Below are positions 10,324 through 20,360 of a DNA stretch of 64,000 nucleotides, piece after piece. Origin of the DNA: an uncultured bacterium (GTDB taxonomy: Bacteria > SAR324 > NAC60-12); NCBI GenBank assembly GCA_965662235.1, contig CBFIGY010000009.1:30300-94299 (forward strand), in the 5' to 3' direction. Numbering within the stretch: position 1 is the first letter of the stretch; each line of letters starts with the position of its first letter. The position numbers were made by a program, and so were the translations under genes. Under the pieces are notes generated by a model. That model worked only from the letters and a program-made list of their open reading frames with translations, was not told the origin of the DNA and made no database searches.

Positions 10324-11778
10324 TTAGTCATGTTTGACCGCAACGGTCTTGAGCGAGGAAAATCCGTAAAGGGCCTCAAAGCCCTTTTCCCGTCCGTGTC
10401 CGGAATTCCCGACGCCTCCGAACGGGAGTTCGACGCCTCCTCCTGCGCCGTAGTTGTTGATGAACACCTGTCCGGACTTGAGACGCTTGGCGAGCCGAAA
10501 CTGTCGGGCGCCTTGCTCAGTCCAGACTCCGGCAACCAGGCCATAGCCGGTTCCGTTGGCAATGGCGACCGCCTCATCTTCCGAGTCAAAGGGAATCACC
10601 ACCTGCACCGGCCCAAAGATTTCCTGCTGAGCCAGAGGGTGCGTGGGAGGGCAGTCGGCAATCAGGGTGGGACGCAGATAATAGCCCCCCTCCGGAGCTC
10701 CGGTTGCCAGCTGTCCCTGAGCAGCCACTGGAAGCCGCCCCTGCTCAGAGAGGCCCAGGAACTGCTGCACCAGCTGCTGCTGCCGCGAAGAGATCAACGG
10801 TCCCACGTCCGGATCCTCCAACGCCGGTCCCACCGTCAGAGCAGCATAACCGGCAGCCATGCGGTCCAAAACCTCCCGGTAGCGTGAGCGCTCCACTAGG
10901 ATTCGAGACGAGGCCGAGCAGGTTTGCCCAGCGTTCTGAATCCCCGCTCGGATCAGGAAGGGCAAGGCCTGATCCAGGTCAGCATCCTCAAAGACCAGTT
11001 GCGGCGACTTCCCTCCGAGTTCCAGCGTCACAGGAGCCACGTGCTCGGCAGCAGCCTGTTGCACCAGCCGCCCCACTTCCAGTGATCCGGTGAAGGACAG
11101 GTGCCGCATTCCAGGGTGCCGGGCCAACGCGGCTCCAGCCTCCTCCCCAAGTCCGGGGACCACATTCAGGGCGCCTGCAGGAAAGCCCACTTCGTCTGCC
11201 AGAGCGGCAAAGGCCAGAGCCGTCAGGCAGGCTTCCTCTGCTGGTTTGAGCACCACGGCGTTGCCCATTGTCAGCGCGGCGCCAACGGAGCGTCCGATGA
11301 TCTGCATCGGGTAGTTCCAGGGAATGATGTGTCCAGTCACCCCATGTGGTTCCCGGAGCGTGTACACCGTGTAGCCGTTGAGGTAGGGAATGGTCTCGCC
11401 CATGATCTTGTCGGCGGCACCTCCGTAAAACTCAAGGTACCGGGCCAGGGCGAGGGCATCGTTGCGTCCTTGCTGCAGGGGCTTCCCCACATCCAAGGCT
11501 TCGAGGCGGGCCAGGTCCTCCACACGCGAGGCCACCCGCTGCCCAAGCTGCGCCAGCAAACGCCCCCGCTCCGCCGCAGGCATCTTTCCCCAATCGCCTT
11601 CAAGCGCTCGTTCTGCCGCTTGGACCGCCTGGTCGATCTCTTGGGAACCCCCTCGGGCAATGACGCCCAACTGGGTGCCGGTGGATGGATTGAACAGGTC
11701 CAGCTGCTCCGAAGGCGTCACCCACGCGCCGTCAATGAAGCAGCATTCCATGGGAAACCAGACGTCCGGCTGAGTCAT
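10324..11778 (-). CDS. Aldehyde dehydrogenase
   Basis: PWNYP, FTGS, LELGGKSP, NAGQTCSA, EIFGP, PFGG. Confidence 0.95.
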   Translation of the reverse strand: MTQPDVWFPMECCFIDGAWVTPSEQLDLFNPSTGTQLGVIARGGSQEIDQAVQAAERALEGDWGKMPAAERGRLLAQLGQRVASRVEDLARLEALDVGKPLQQGRNDALALARYLEFYGGAADKIMGETIPYLNGYTVYTLREPHGVTGHIIPWNYPMQIIGRSVGAALTMGNAVVLKPAEEACLTALAFAALADEVGFPAGALNVVPGLGEEAGAALARHPGMRHLSFTGSLEVGRLVQQAAAEHVAPVTLELGGKSPQLVFEDADLDQALPFLIRAGIQNAGQTCSASSRILVERSRYREVLDRMAAGYAALTVGPALEDPDVGPLISSRQQQLVQQFLGLSEQGRLPVAAQGQLATGAPEGGYYLRPTLIADCPPTHPLAQQEIFGPVQVVIPFDSEDEAVAIANGTGYGLVAGVWTEQGARQFRLAKRLKSGQVFINNYGAGGGVELPFGGVGNSGHGREKGFEALYGFSSLKTVAVKHD

Positions 11779-13412
11779 ACGTGTTCTCCTGCTAAGCGTT
11801 GGTGCATCGCACGCTCTAGGTTGGGCGCCGAGGCAATGAGGGTTTGCGTGTACGGATGCTGCGGGTTCCGGAAGACCTCCGCAGTGGGCCCTTGTTCCAC
11901 AAGCTGTCCTTTTTGCATGATGAGCACCCGATCCGTAATGGCCCGGACCACCGAAAGGTCGTGCGAGATGAACAGGTAGGAAAGCTGTAGCTGGTCCGAC
12001 AGCGAGGCCAACAGGTCCAGAATCTGCGCCCGGACCGAGACATCCAGTGCCGACACCGCCTCGTCCAGCAGAAGCAGCTGCGGACGCGTCACCAGCGCCC
12101 GGGCCAAGGCGATGCGCTGCCGCTGTCCTCCGGAAAACTCGTGGATGAACTTGTTCGCATCTCGGGACTGCAGCCCCACGTGCTCCAGCGCCTCCTCCAC
12201 CCGACGCTGCACCTCAGCCGCACCCGGAGGCAAGGACTGCGCGTGAAAGGGTTCACTGATCAGGCGCCGAACGCGGTGCCGTGGATTGAAGGAACCATAG
12301 GGATCCTGAAACACCACCTGCACCTGAGCGCCTCCAACACGAGGCACCTGTCCCGACGTTTGAACCACCTGCCCAGCCAGCCGAATTGTTCCCTGCTGAA
12401 TCGGATCAAGCCCAAGCAGCGCCCGAGTGAGGGTGGATTTCCCGCAGCCGCTTTCTCCAACCAGCCCAACGTTCTCCCCCACATGAATCCGGAAGCTCAC
12501 CTCATCCACCGCCCGCTTGACCTCAGATGCTTCTCCTTCCGGACGTCCCCAACGGAAGAATCCCGAAGCCGCCGGCGGATAGATCCGGACGACCTTTTCC
12601 ACCTCCAGCAGCGGAGACGCTGCCTCGGCCACCGAAACCGGCGTCCGGACCGGTTGGTGCGAAGAGGCGTCAAACAGCATGCGCGTGTACGGATGACGCT
12701 GGTGCCGCAGCACCTCAGTGGTGCTCCCAGACTCCACCAGCTGCCCCTGACGCAGGATGGCCAACGAGTCCGCCAGTTCAGCCACCACCCCCAGGTCATG
12801 CGTGATGAACCACAGGCTCATGCCGTCTTCCCGGACCAGCCGCTGGAGCAGTTCCAGAATCTGAGCCTGCGTGGTGACGTCTAGGGCGGTGGTGGGTTCA
12901 TCGGCAATCAGCAGCTGCGGACGGAGCGCAATCGCCATGGCGATGCCCACCCGCTGGCGCTGGCCCCCTGAGAGCTCATGCGGAAACCGGGAAAGGGCAA
13001 ACTGCCGAGGCGGCAACCCCACACGTTCCAGCAGGGCCGCAGCCTGTTCCTGCGCCTGACGCTTCCGGATCCGCTGATGCACCCGGAAGGTCTCTGCGAC
13101 CTGATCGCCAATCGACTTCAGGGGGTTGAGTGCCGTCAGCGGCTCCTGAAAGATCATTGCCACCTTCTGTCCTCGGATCTGGCACATCTGCGGCTCCCGG
13201 AGGTCCTGCAGGGCGGTGCCTTCCAGCAGCACGGAGCCAGACACCTGCGCCCCCCGAGGCAGAAGCCGCAGGGTCGCAAGAGCGGTCATGGACTTTCCGG
13301 ATCCGGATTCGCCGATCATCCCCAGGATCTCCCCTGGGGCAATCTTCAGGTTCAGCTGCTTCAGCACCGCATGCCCCCCTAGGGAGACGCTCAGGTCACG
13401 CAGTTCCAGCAT
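11775..13412 (-). CDS. Peptide/nickel-type ABC transporter, fused double ATPase
   Basis: Two NBDs: GESGSGKS/LSGGQRQR/ADEPTT and GESGCGKS/FSGGQRQR/LDEAVS. Confidence 0.93.
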   Translation of the reverse strand: MLELRDLSVSLGGHAVLKQLNLKIAPGEILGMIGESGSGKSMTALATLRLLPRGAQVSGSVLLEGTALQDLREPQMCQIRGQKVAMIFQEPLTALNPLKSIGDQVAETFRVHQRIRKRQAQEQAAALLERVGLPPRQFALSRFPHELSGGQRQRVGIAMAIALRPQLLIADEPTTALDVTTQAQILELLQRLVREDGMSLWFITHDLGVVAELADSLAILRQGQLVESGSTTEVLRHQRHPYTRMLFDASSHQPVRTPVSVAEAASPLLEVEKVVRIYPPAASGFFRWGRPEGEASEVKRAVDEVSFRIHVGENVGLVGESGCGKSTLTRALLGLDPIQQGTIRLAGQVVQTSGQVPRVGGAQVQVVFQDPYGSFNPRHRVRRLISEPFHAQSLPPGAAEVQRRVEEALEHVGLQSRDANKFIHEFSGGQRQRIALARALVTRPQLLLLDEAVSALDVSVRAQILDLLASLSDQLQLSYLFISHDLSVVRAITDRVLIMQKGQLVEQGPTAEVFRNPQHPYTQTLIASAPNLERAMHQRLAGEHV

Positions 13413-14244
13413 AGGCTCCGGAGCGCAAGGTTTTTGGATCAAGCCAGTCCCGCAACCCGTCTCCAAGCAGATTGAGCCCTAGGACGTTGAGGACAATGGC
13501 CAGCCCGGGAAAGAGCGCAAGGTGTGGGCCGAGGGCAATCAGTGTCTGCGCCTCACTGAGCATCCGGCCCCAGCTTGGCGTTGGAGGCTGGGTGCCTAGC
13601 CCGACGTACGAAAGCCCGGCTTCTGCCAAAATACCAAGGGAAAACTGAATGGAGCTCTGAACAATGAGGACGTTGAGGACGTTGGGCAGAATGTGCTCCC
13701 AGGAGATCCGGAACGCTCCTTTGCCGGCGACCCGGGCAGCGAGGATGAAGTCCCGTTGCCACAGGGTCAACGCTGCCCCGCGGGTGAGGCGGGCAAACAC
13801 CGGAATGTTGAAGATGCCGATGGCGACAATTGCGTTGAAGATGCCGGGCCCAAAAACCGCTGTGATGAGGATTGCCACCAGCAGAGACGGAAAGGCAAAG
13901 ATGACATCGTTGGTCCGCATGATCCCCTCGTCTAGGAGTCCGCCGTGTTGTGCCGCAGCGGCCAATCCCAGCGGCACCCCGAGGCCCACGCCAATTCCCA
14001 CGGAAATCAATGCCACTGCCAGAGACACCCGGGCGCCCACCATGATCATCGACAGAATGTCCCGTCCAAAATGATCCGTTCCCAGCCAATGCGTCAACGA
14101 CGGTGTCTGGAGCTTCTGTGCAATGTTGAGCGCCTCCACATCATAAGGCGTCCACACCCACGACAGCACCGCCAGCATCCCGAAGCTCAGGCTGAGTCCA
14201 GCCCCCACCCACAGGTGCAGGGACCGGGAAGAAGAAGACGTCAT
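13396..14244 (-). CDS. DppC/OppC-type ABC permease
   Basis: HWLGTDHFGRD, HILPN, EAGLSYVGLG, PSWG, NLLGDGLRD. Confidence 0.93.
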   Translation of the reverse strand: MTSSSSRSLHLWVGAGLSLSFGMLAVLSWVWTPYDVEALNIAQKLQTPSLTHWLGTDHFGRDILSMIMVGARVSLAVALISVGIGVGLGVPLGLAAAAQHGGLLDEGIMRTNDVIFAFPSLLVAILITAVFGPGIFNAIVAIGIFNIPVFARLTRGAALTLWQRDFILAARVAGKGAFRISWEHILPNVLNVLIVQSSIQFSLGILAEAGLSYVGLGTQPPTPSWGRMLSEAQTLIALGPHLALFPGLAIVLNVLGLNLLGDGLRDWLDPKTLRSGAYAGTA

Positions 14245-14482
14245 GAGGAGTGGGTCGGCTTTGAGGAGGAAACGCAACACGCGAGGTCGTCTGACCTCCG
14301 TTGGGGCACTAGCTTAGTCCTCCGTTGAGGCAGAGCCAGTCAAAATTCGCCGAAGCCCCCTCTCAGGACACGGATCACCGTTGCTCAGCAGAGGGCCGCC
14401 ACTGCTGCGCCGGCTTCAGGACGCTCCTCAAGGGAGGGAGGGATGAACGAGAAGCGCCTCCCTTTGGGCGAGCAGGATATCC

Positions 14483-14580
14483 CTTTAAAAAACTGAAATT
14501 ATGATTTATTTTTAATTAATCGCATCCGTTAAATAAACCGTTGTCAACCATCCAGTTTTTGTGTAACACTTGAATTATGG
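14483..14580. promoter_or_regulatory. AT-rich divergent promoter region between the ABC and TRAP operons
   Basis: Sharp AT-rich island; TTGTCA at 14541 is a possible -35, -10 is weak. Confidence 0.5.
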
Positions 14581-14715
14581 CATTTTGCCGTTCCCCCGCA
14601 CTCATTCAGAATGAGGTGACGTGCTCCAATTCCGGAACCGTGCTCGCCTTTGCAGGTCCCGATGCGCTTGTGCGTCCGGGTCCCTCCTGATGAACCTCAA
14701 GCGAGAGAAAACCTT

Positions 14716-15687
14716 ATGAAGACTCTTGGCCTTCGCTTCCTGACGGTCGCCGCCACCGCCTTGCTTTCCGTCAGCCCCCTCATGGCGCAAACCCAGCTTT
14801 CCATTGCCACCGGTGGCACCGGCGGCGTGTACTACCCCATGGGGGGTGGACTTGCTGAAGTCATCAACCGACACGTCCCCGGCTACCAGGCCACTGCCGA
14901 AGTCACCGGCGCTTCCGTTGCCAACATGGGCCTCATTGCCACCGGCGATGCAGACCTGGCACTGGGCCTTGCAGACACCGTGCAGCAGGCGCAAACGGGG
15001 ACCGGACGCTTTGAGGGCAAGCAGCTCCCGATGATCCGGGGCCTCGCCTCCATGTACGCCAACATGGTCCAGATCGTCACCCTGGCTGACAGCGGCATCA
15101 CGAAGCTCTCCGACCTCAAGGGCAAGCGCGTTTCAGTAGGCGCCCCTGGCTCCGGAACCGAGGTCAATGCCAACGCCATCCTCGAAGCCAACGGCATGTC
15201 CTATGGCGACTTGGAGGTGCAGCGTTTGAACTTCAACGAGACCGCAGACGCCCTGGCCAACGGCGACATCGATGCTGGTTTCTGGAGCGTCGGCGCCCCG
15301 ACTTCCTCCATCATGAACCTGGCCACCAGCAAGTCGATCCGGATGATCCCGCTCAGTGACAGTGAGATCCAGGCGGCCCGTTCTGCGAACCCCATCTTCG
15401 CTCGAACTCGCTTGACCGGAGGCATCTACGAAGGCGTGAACCAGGATGTCCCTGTGCTCGGCATTCCCAACGTCCTTGCGGTCTCTTCCGAAATGTCAGA
15501 CGACCTGGCCTATGCGATCACCAAGGCCATGTTTGAGAACATTGATGAGCTGAAGGCCGTTCACCCGGCGGCCAACCAGACCACCATCGAGTTCACGCTT
15601 GATGCGACTCCGGTGCCCCTGCACCCAGGAGCAATCCGGTACTACGAAGAAACCGGAGCCAGCGTTCCGAGTCGCCTGCGTCCATGA
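14716..15687 (+). CDS. TAXI-family TRAP solute-binding protein
   Basis: Signal peptide; IATGGTGGVYY, GKRVSVGAPGSGTE, PLHPGA. Confidence 0.95.
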   Translation: MKTLGLRFLTVAATALLSVSPLMAQTQLSIATGGTGGVYYPMGGGLAEVINRHVPGYQATAEVTGASVANMGLIATGDADLALGLADTVQQAQTGTGRFEGKQLPMIRGLASMYANMVQIVTLADSGITKLSDLKGKRVSVGAPGSGTEVNANAILEANGMSYGDLEVQRLNFNETADALANGDIDAGFWSVGAPTSSIMNLATSKSIRMIPLSDSEIQAARSANPIFARTRLTGGIYEGVNQDVPVLGIPNVLAVSSEMSDDLAYAITKAMFENIDELKAVHPAANQTTIEFTLDATPVPLHPGAIRYYEETGASVPSRLRP

Positions 15688-16157
15688 AGCGGTCTCCAAG
15701 AGCCAGCCTGCTGGCTCTGCTCCTCTTCCTCCTTGCTCCAGTTGCTTCCGCATCGGTCTTAAAGGTCCGCCTCATTGAGACCGGGAAGCTCCTGGCCCAG
15801 CTACCAGTGTCCGAAGGTCACGGGTGGTGCATCCTCTGGCACCACTCGGTGCAGGGGTTTGAGGTGGAGGATTGCTACGAAAACCAGTCCGGACGCATGG
15901 TGCTGGTTCGTTCGCACCTGCCAGACTTTGCGGCAGGACTCGATCACATTCCCGGACGTGGCCGACAGGTCTCCGACGGACACGGTGGATACTTCATTGA
16001 GGAGTTGAATGAGCCGGTCCCGGGAAACGCTTACATCATCCGTCCCGGAGGCCCCCGTGTCGATCATCGCCTCCGAACGGAAACTCGGGAGATCTCCCTC
16101 ACCGCCCTTGCGGAACGGGCACGGGTGCAGATCGCCCTGGAGCCAGAAGGGGACTGA
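15684..16157 (+). CDS. DUF1850-like protein (TAXI-TRAP associated)
   Basis: W.HSV motif, position between TAXI SBP and permease, ATGA overlap. Confidence 0.75.
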   Translation: MKRSPRASLLALLLFLLAPVASASVLKVRLIETGKLLAQLPVSEGHGWCILWHHSVQGFEVEDCYENQSGRMVLVRSHLPDFAAGLDHIPGRGRQVSDGHGGYFIEELNEPVPGNAYIIRPGGPRVDHRLRTETREISLTALAERARVQIALEPEGD

Positions 16158-18113
16158 ATGTCTGATGCCCATGCCCCCACCCCGCCCCTTTTGGTGGGTC
16201 GCCTCATTGCCCTCATTGGCATCGCCTTTTCCCTGTTTCAGCTCTATGCCGCAGGGGTTCAGCCCCTCGGACTCTTCTTTCAGCGTCCCATCCACTTGGG
16301 CTTTGCCCTGGCCCTCTGCTTCCTGGTCTACCCGGTCTTCGGCACCCAACGTCCGCGAGGCCCACTGGGTTGGATTCTCGATGGCCTCTTAGTCGCGGGA
16401 AGCGTGGTGGTCGGCGTGTGGCTTCCGCTAAACATTGACACCATTGCCAACGCCATCTTTCCTCGGCAGGTGGACGTGTGGGTGGGCATCCTCACCACCT
16501 TACTGGTGATGGAAGCCGCTCGTCGCGCCGTCGGTTTGGGAATGACGGTGATTGCGGCAATCTTCCTCGTCTACGGTTTTGCAGGACGACGCGGGGAGCT
16601 TCCGTGGCTGGCCGACTGGCTGCCCGGCATCCTCAGCCACCGGGGGTACTCCCTCGACCGCATGGCCAGCCAGCTCACCCTAGGCGCCGAAGGCATCTTC
16701 GGCATCCCGCTGGGCGTCGCCTCCACCTTCATCTTTGTCTTTGTCCTCTTCGGAGCCTTCCTCGAAGTCACCGGCGCCGGGAAGTTCTTCATTGACCTTG
16801 CCTATGCGACCACCGGACGTCAGCGAGGCGGTCCAGCCAAGGCCGCCATCATCGCCTCTGCCGGAATGGGTTCCATCTCAGGCTCAGCCATTGCCAACGT
16901 GGTGACCACTGGAGCCTTCACCATTCCCTTGATGAAGCGACTGGGCTACCGTCCAGCACAGGCTGGAGGCATTGAGGCCGCGGCCTCCACCGGAGGACAG
17001 ATCATGCCGCCGCTGATGGGCGCCGGGGCCTTTCTGATGAGCGAGTTCACCCAGACGCCCTACATTCACATTGTCCTGATCTCCATCTTCCCGGCCTTCC
17101 TCTACTTCGGCGCCGTGTACCTGCTGGTGCACATCGCGGCAGTCAAGCAGGGCATGCAGGGGCTGTCTGAAGAGGAGCTGCCCAAGGTCCGGACCGTGCT
17201 TCTGGAGGGCTGGCACTTTCTGCTACCGCTGCTTGTGCTGACGTGGCTCCTCGTCCTCGGGTTCTCGCCCATGCGGGTGGGTTTCTACACGATCCTCTCT
17301 GTGATCGCCGCTGCCGCAGGACGCGCACTCTGGACGCACTTTTCGCAGGAACAGCCTTCAGAGTCGTTGCCCGACCTGATCCGTCGCGGAAGTGCCCTCA
17401 CCCTGAAGGCTCTGGAGCTAGGGGCCCGGAACGCAATTGCCGTGTCCATCGCCTGCGCGGTCGCCGGAGTCATTGTCGGCATTGTGGGCCTGACGGGGCT
17501 TGGGCTGAAGTTTTCTGCGATGATGATTGCCCTCTCAGGCGGGAACCTCGTCATTGCGCTCATTCTGGTGGCCCTGGCAAGTCTGATCCTCGGAATGGGC
17601 CTCCCGGTCACAGCGGCTTACATTGTCCTGATCATCCTCGTTGGCCCAGCCCTAACCACCGAGTTTGGCATTCCGTTGCTGATCGCGCACCTGGTCGTCT
17701 TCTGGTACTCACAGGACTCCAATGTCACGCCACCCGTGGCCCTCGCCGGATTCGCTGGAGCCGCCATTGCCGGAGCCAGTCCCATGGAAACGAGTGTACA
17801 GGCCTGGAAGTTTGCCAAAGGCCTCTACCTCATTCCCCTGTTCATGGTTTACAACGAAGCCATCATCATCGGAGGCCCTCTGCCTCTTGTGCTCTGGAAC
17901 GGGTTCATCGCCATGGTCGCCCTGCTGGCCTTTGCTGCAGTCCTTGAGGGCTTCTTCTGGACACCGCTCCCGCTCTGGCAACGCCTGCTCCTCATTCCCA
18001 GCGTCATTGCCATTTTCTGGCCGCAGGTTCCTGTGGAAGCCGCCGGCGTCCTCGTCATTGCCGTGGTCCTCTTCCTCAACCACCGCCAGCTCCGTGGGGT
18101 CGCTCCCGCTTGA
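16158..18113 (+). CDS. TRAP fused 4TM/12TM permease
   Basis: GGPAKAA, SGSAIANV, EAAASTGGQIMPPLMGA, GMGLP, TPPVAL. Confidence 0.95.
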   Translation: MSDAHAPTPPLLVGRLIALIGIAFSLFQLYAAGVQPLGLFFQRPIHLGFALALCFLVYPVFGTQRPRGPLGWILDGLLVAGSVVVGVWLPLNIDTIANAIFPRQVDVWVGILTTLLVMEAARRAVGLGMTVIAAIFLVYGFAGRRGELPWLADWLPGILSHRGYSLDRMASQLTLGAEGIFGIPLGVASTFIFVFVLFGAFLEVTGAGKFFIDLAYATTGRQRGGPAKAAIIASAGMGSISGSAIANVVTTGAFTIPLMKRLGYRPAQAGGIEAAASTGGQIMPPLMGAGAFLMSEFTQTPYIHIVLISIFPAFLYFGAVYLLVHIAAVKQGMQGLSEEELPKVRTVLLEGWHFLLPLLVLTWLLVLGFSPMRVGFYTILSVIAAAAGRALWTHFSQEQPSESLPDLIRRGSALTLKALELGARNAIAVSIACAVAGVIVGIVGLTGLGLKFSAMMIALSGGNLVIALILVALASLILGMGLPVTAAYIVLIILVGPALTTEFGIPLLIAHLVVFWYSQDSNVTPPVALAGFAGAAIAGASPMETSVQAWKFAKGLYLIPLFMVYNEAIIIGGPLPLVLWNGFIAMVALLAFAAVLEGFFWTPLPLWQRLLLIPSVIAIFWPQVPVEAAGVLVIAVVLFLNHRQLRGVAPA

Positions 18114-18311
18114 TCCTCCTTCCTCCTAGACTCCGGGGCCTTCCCAGGCACACTCGGAGCCTTCAGTGGAGCCGTTGGAGCCTCCTCTGATTTTCCGAGT
18201 TTTCTAAATTTTGCAGAGCAGGTCCGTCTTGAGCAGGTAACTGAAACCGTTGCCTGGAAGGACCCGGGTGACCGAAGCACTTGAAGTTCCCCTTCATCGA
18301 GAGTCACCCTA

Positions 18312-19466
18312 ATGCGCTCCTCCTACTGCCTGGGAATTTTGACCGTTGTGACAGGCGCCCTGTTCGGATGCGGACAGGGGCCCGCTTCCCAAAACCGACT
18401 GACCCCCAACACCGCTGCGGCGACGCTACAACCCCTTCCTCAGCAAGCAACCTTTCCCGCTTCCAACTCGTACTCGCCGGAACGTGCGGCACTGGGCAAA
18501 CAGCTTTTCTGGGACCCGGTGCTTTCTGAAAATCAGGACATCGCCTGCGCAACCTGTCACCATCCGGACAATGGATTCACCGACCCCCTTCGTCGCTCGC
18601 TTGGCACCGGAGGCATTGGGTTGGGGCTCAATCGCTTCGGAGGCGTCCAAGGGGACCGAAACTCCATGAGCCTCCTCAATGTGGCCTTCAATGGCCTCAC
18701 CGAAGCCGGCATCCCTGCGCCAGAAACCGCTCCCATGTTCTGGGACTCCCGCACCCACTCCCTAGAGGATCAGGTGGAGGGTCCGATTGTTAACGACCGG
18801 GAGATGCTCGGCCAGCACTTCACCCCCACAACCATCCAAGGGGAGCTGGAGCAGCGGCTGAACCAAATTCCGGAGTACCAAGCCCGCTTTCTGGAGGCCT
18901 ACGGCACCTCAGAGGTTTCTTTCCCCCTCATCCAGCAGGCCATTGCAGTCTATGAGCGAACCCTCATCACCCCGAACTCTCGGCTGGATGCCTACCTGCG
19001 AGGGGACGCACAGGCGCTCACCTCATTTGAACAAGAAGGCCTGAACCGCTTCGTGCGGGTGGGCTGTGCCGAATGTCACAGCGGTCCCATGCTCTCCGAC
19101 TACCAGCTCCACACCCTTTCGGTCCCGGAACTCAACCGCTCCACCGCAGATGCCGGCGCCGGGGCCTTTAACTTCCGTACCCCCTCTTTACGGAACCTAA
19201 GCTTCACCGCGCCGTACATGCACAACGGGCGCTTTGACCGCCTAGAAGATGTGCTCGATTTCTACCGACGCCTGCGACGGGGACGGTCCCAGAACCCTAA
19301 TGTCCGGAGCAGCGAACTGAGCCCGCAACTGGCACAACTGAACCTCCGGGACAACGACATTCCCTTCATCCTTGCCTTCCTCCGGACCCTTGACGACGGC
19401 TCCTTTGACCAGAGCATTCCCTCATCGGTGCCCAGTGGACTTCCGGTGGGGGGACGGATTGAGTAG
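18312..19466 (+). CDS. Di-heme cytochrome c peroxidase/MauG-family lipoprotein
   Basis: Lipobox LFGC; CATCH and CAECH heme motifs; FWD, FRTPSLRN, TAPYMHNG. Confidence 0.92.
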   Translation: MRSSYCLGILTVVTGALFGCGQGPASQNRLTPNTAAATLQPLPQQATFPASNSYSPERAALGKQLFWDPVLSENQDIACATCHHPDNGFTDPLRRSLGTGGIGLGLNRFGGVQGDRNSMSLLNVAFNGLTEAGIPAPETAPMFWDSRTHSLEDQVEGPIVNDREMLGQHFTPTTIQGELEQRLNQIPEYQARFLEAYGTSEVSFPLIQQAIAVYERTLITPNSRLDAYLRGDAQALTSFEQEGLNRFVRVGCAECHSGPMLSDYQLHTLSVPELNRSTADAGAGAFNFRTPSLRNLSFTAPYMHNGRFDRLEDVLDFYRRLRRGRSQNPNVRSSELSPQLAQLNLRDNDIPFILAFLRTLDDGSFDQSIPSSVPSGLPVGGRIE

Positions 19467-19634
19467 AAGGTTCCTTTCCCGGAAGCCCCTCTCCACACGA
19501 GCCCCCAACGCCTGGCCCGGGCCCCTTCCTTTCTCGCGGCCAGGCACCCCGATTCGCTCCCCAAAGCTGTTGCAATTTGTCCGGAACTTTCGCACACTGA
19601 CGCCTCACGGTTTCCCAATGCTTTCTTCAACAGC

Positions 19635-20360
19635 ATGCTTTTTCGCGATCCTCTGGTGCGTCCCCTTCCTGCTTCATCTTGCGCCTCGTGGCTTACGGTC
19701 CGCCGCATCGCGTTGGTGCTGTTGGGAGGCCTCCTGCAGCCATTGCCCGCACAGGCCTTGACCTGGGACCTTGGCGTCAGTGTGCCCTACCTTTCCGGAC
19801 GGATGCAGCAGTTTCTGCCCCTTTCCCTTGAGCTCGGGCTCACCAGCGTCAAGGGCTACGGCGTGGGTTACAACGTCCTCACCTCCGGAAGTGACGAAAC
19901 GCTGCAGCCTCAAACTGAGACCACAGGCACCGACACGTATGAGTCTGAGCTGACCCTCCAAAGCGGCACCCTTGAGCTGTACTACCGCTTTGAGCAGTAC
20001 GTCCACCGCTGGGACGTGGGAGTGCTGCGGCAGGCCACCCAGTATGAAGTGGTCCAGACCCGGACGACTCTTGGAGCGAGCCTTTCTGAAGAGCAGACCG
20101 CGACCCTTGAGGTCACCTACCTCGGTCCCTTTGTGCAGTACTCCAACACCTGGATCGGCTACGATGAGCAAGACGCCTACTACGCTCTGCAGCTGGCGTG
20201 GCTCTCCCGGAGCACCCCTCTGACAGAAACCCCGTTCCGCTTTGACCCCACGCAGGATTCCACCTGGCAGGCACAGCAGGCGTCGTATCAGCAATTTGTC
20301 GTTGACCACAACCCCGAGTCCTCGGTGTTGCTGGCTCTCACCATCGGGTGGCGTCTATGA
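19635..20360 (+). CDS. Putative outer-membrane beta-barrel protein; start uncertain
   Basis: Signal-like LVLLGGLLQPLPAQA; alternating amphipathic strands rich in Tyr/Trp; C-terminal LALTIGWRL. Confidence 0.6.
   Translation: MLFRDPLVRPLPASSCASWLTVRRIALVLLGGLLQPLPAQALTWDLGVSVPYLSGRMQQFLPLSLELGLTSVKGYGVGYNVLTSGSDETLQPQTETTGTDTYESELTLQSGTLELYYRFEQYVHRWDVGVLRQATQYEVVQTRTTLGASLSEEQTATLEVTYLGPFVQYSNTWIGYDEQDAYYALQLAWLSRSTPLTETPFRFDPTQDSTWQAQQASYQQFVVDHNPESSVLLALTIGWRL

Noticed and set aside
19541..19560. Sigma-54-like CAGGCACCCCGATTCGCT upstream of the beta-barrel gene
   Set aside because: GG to GC spacing is one base off the strict GG-N10-GC rule.
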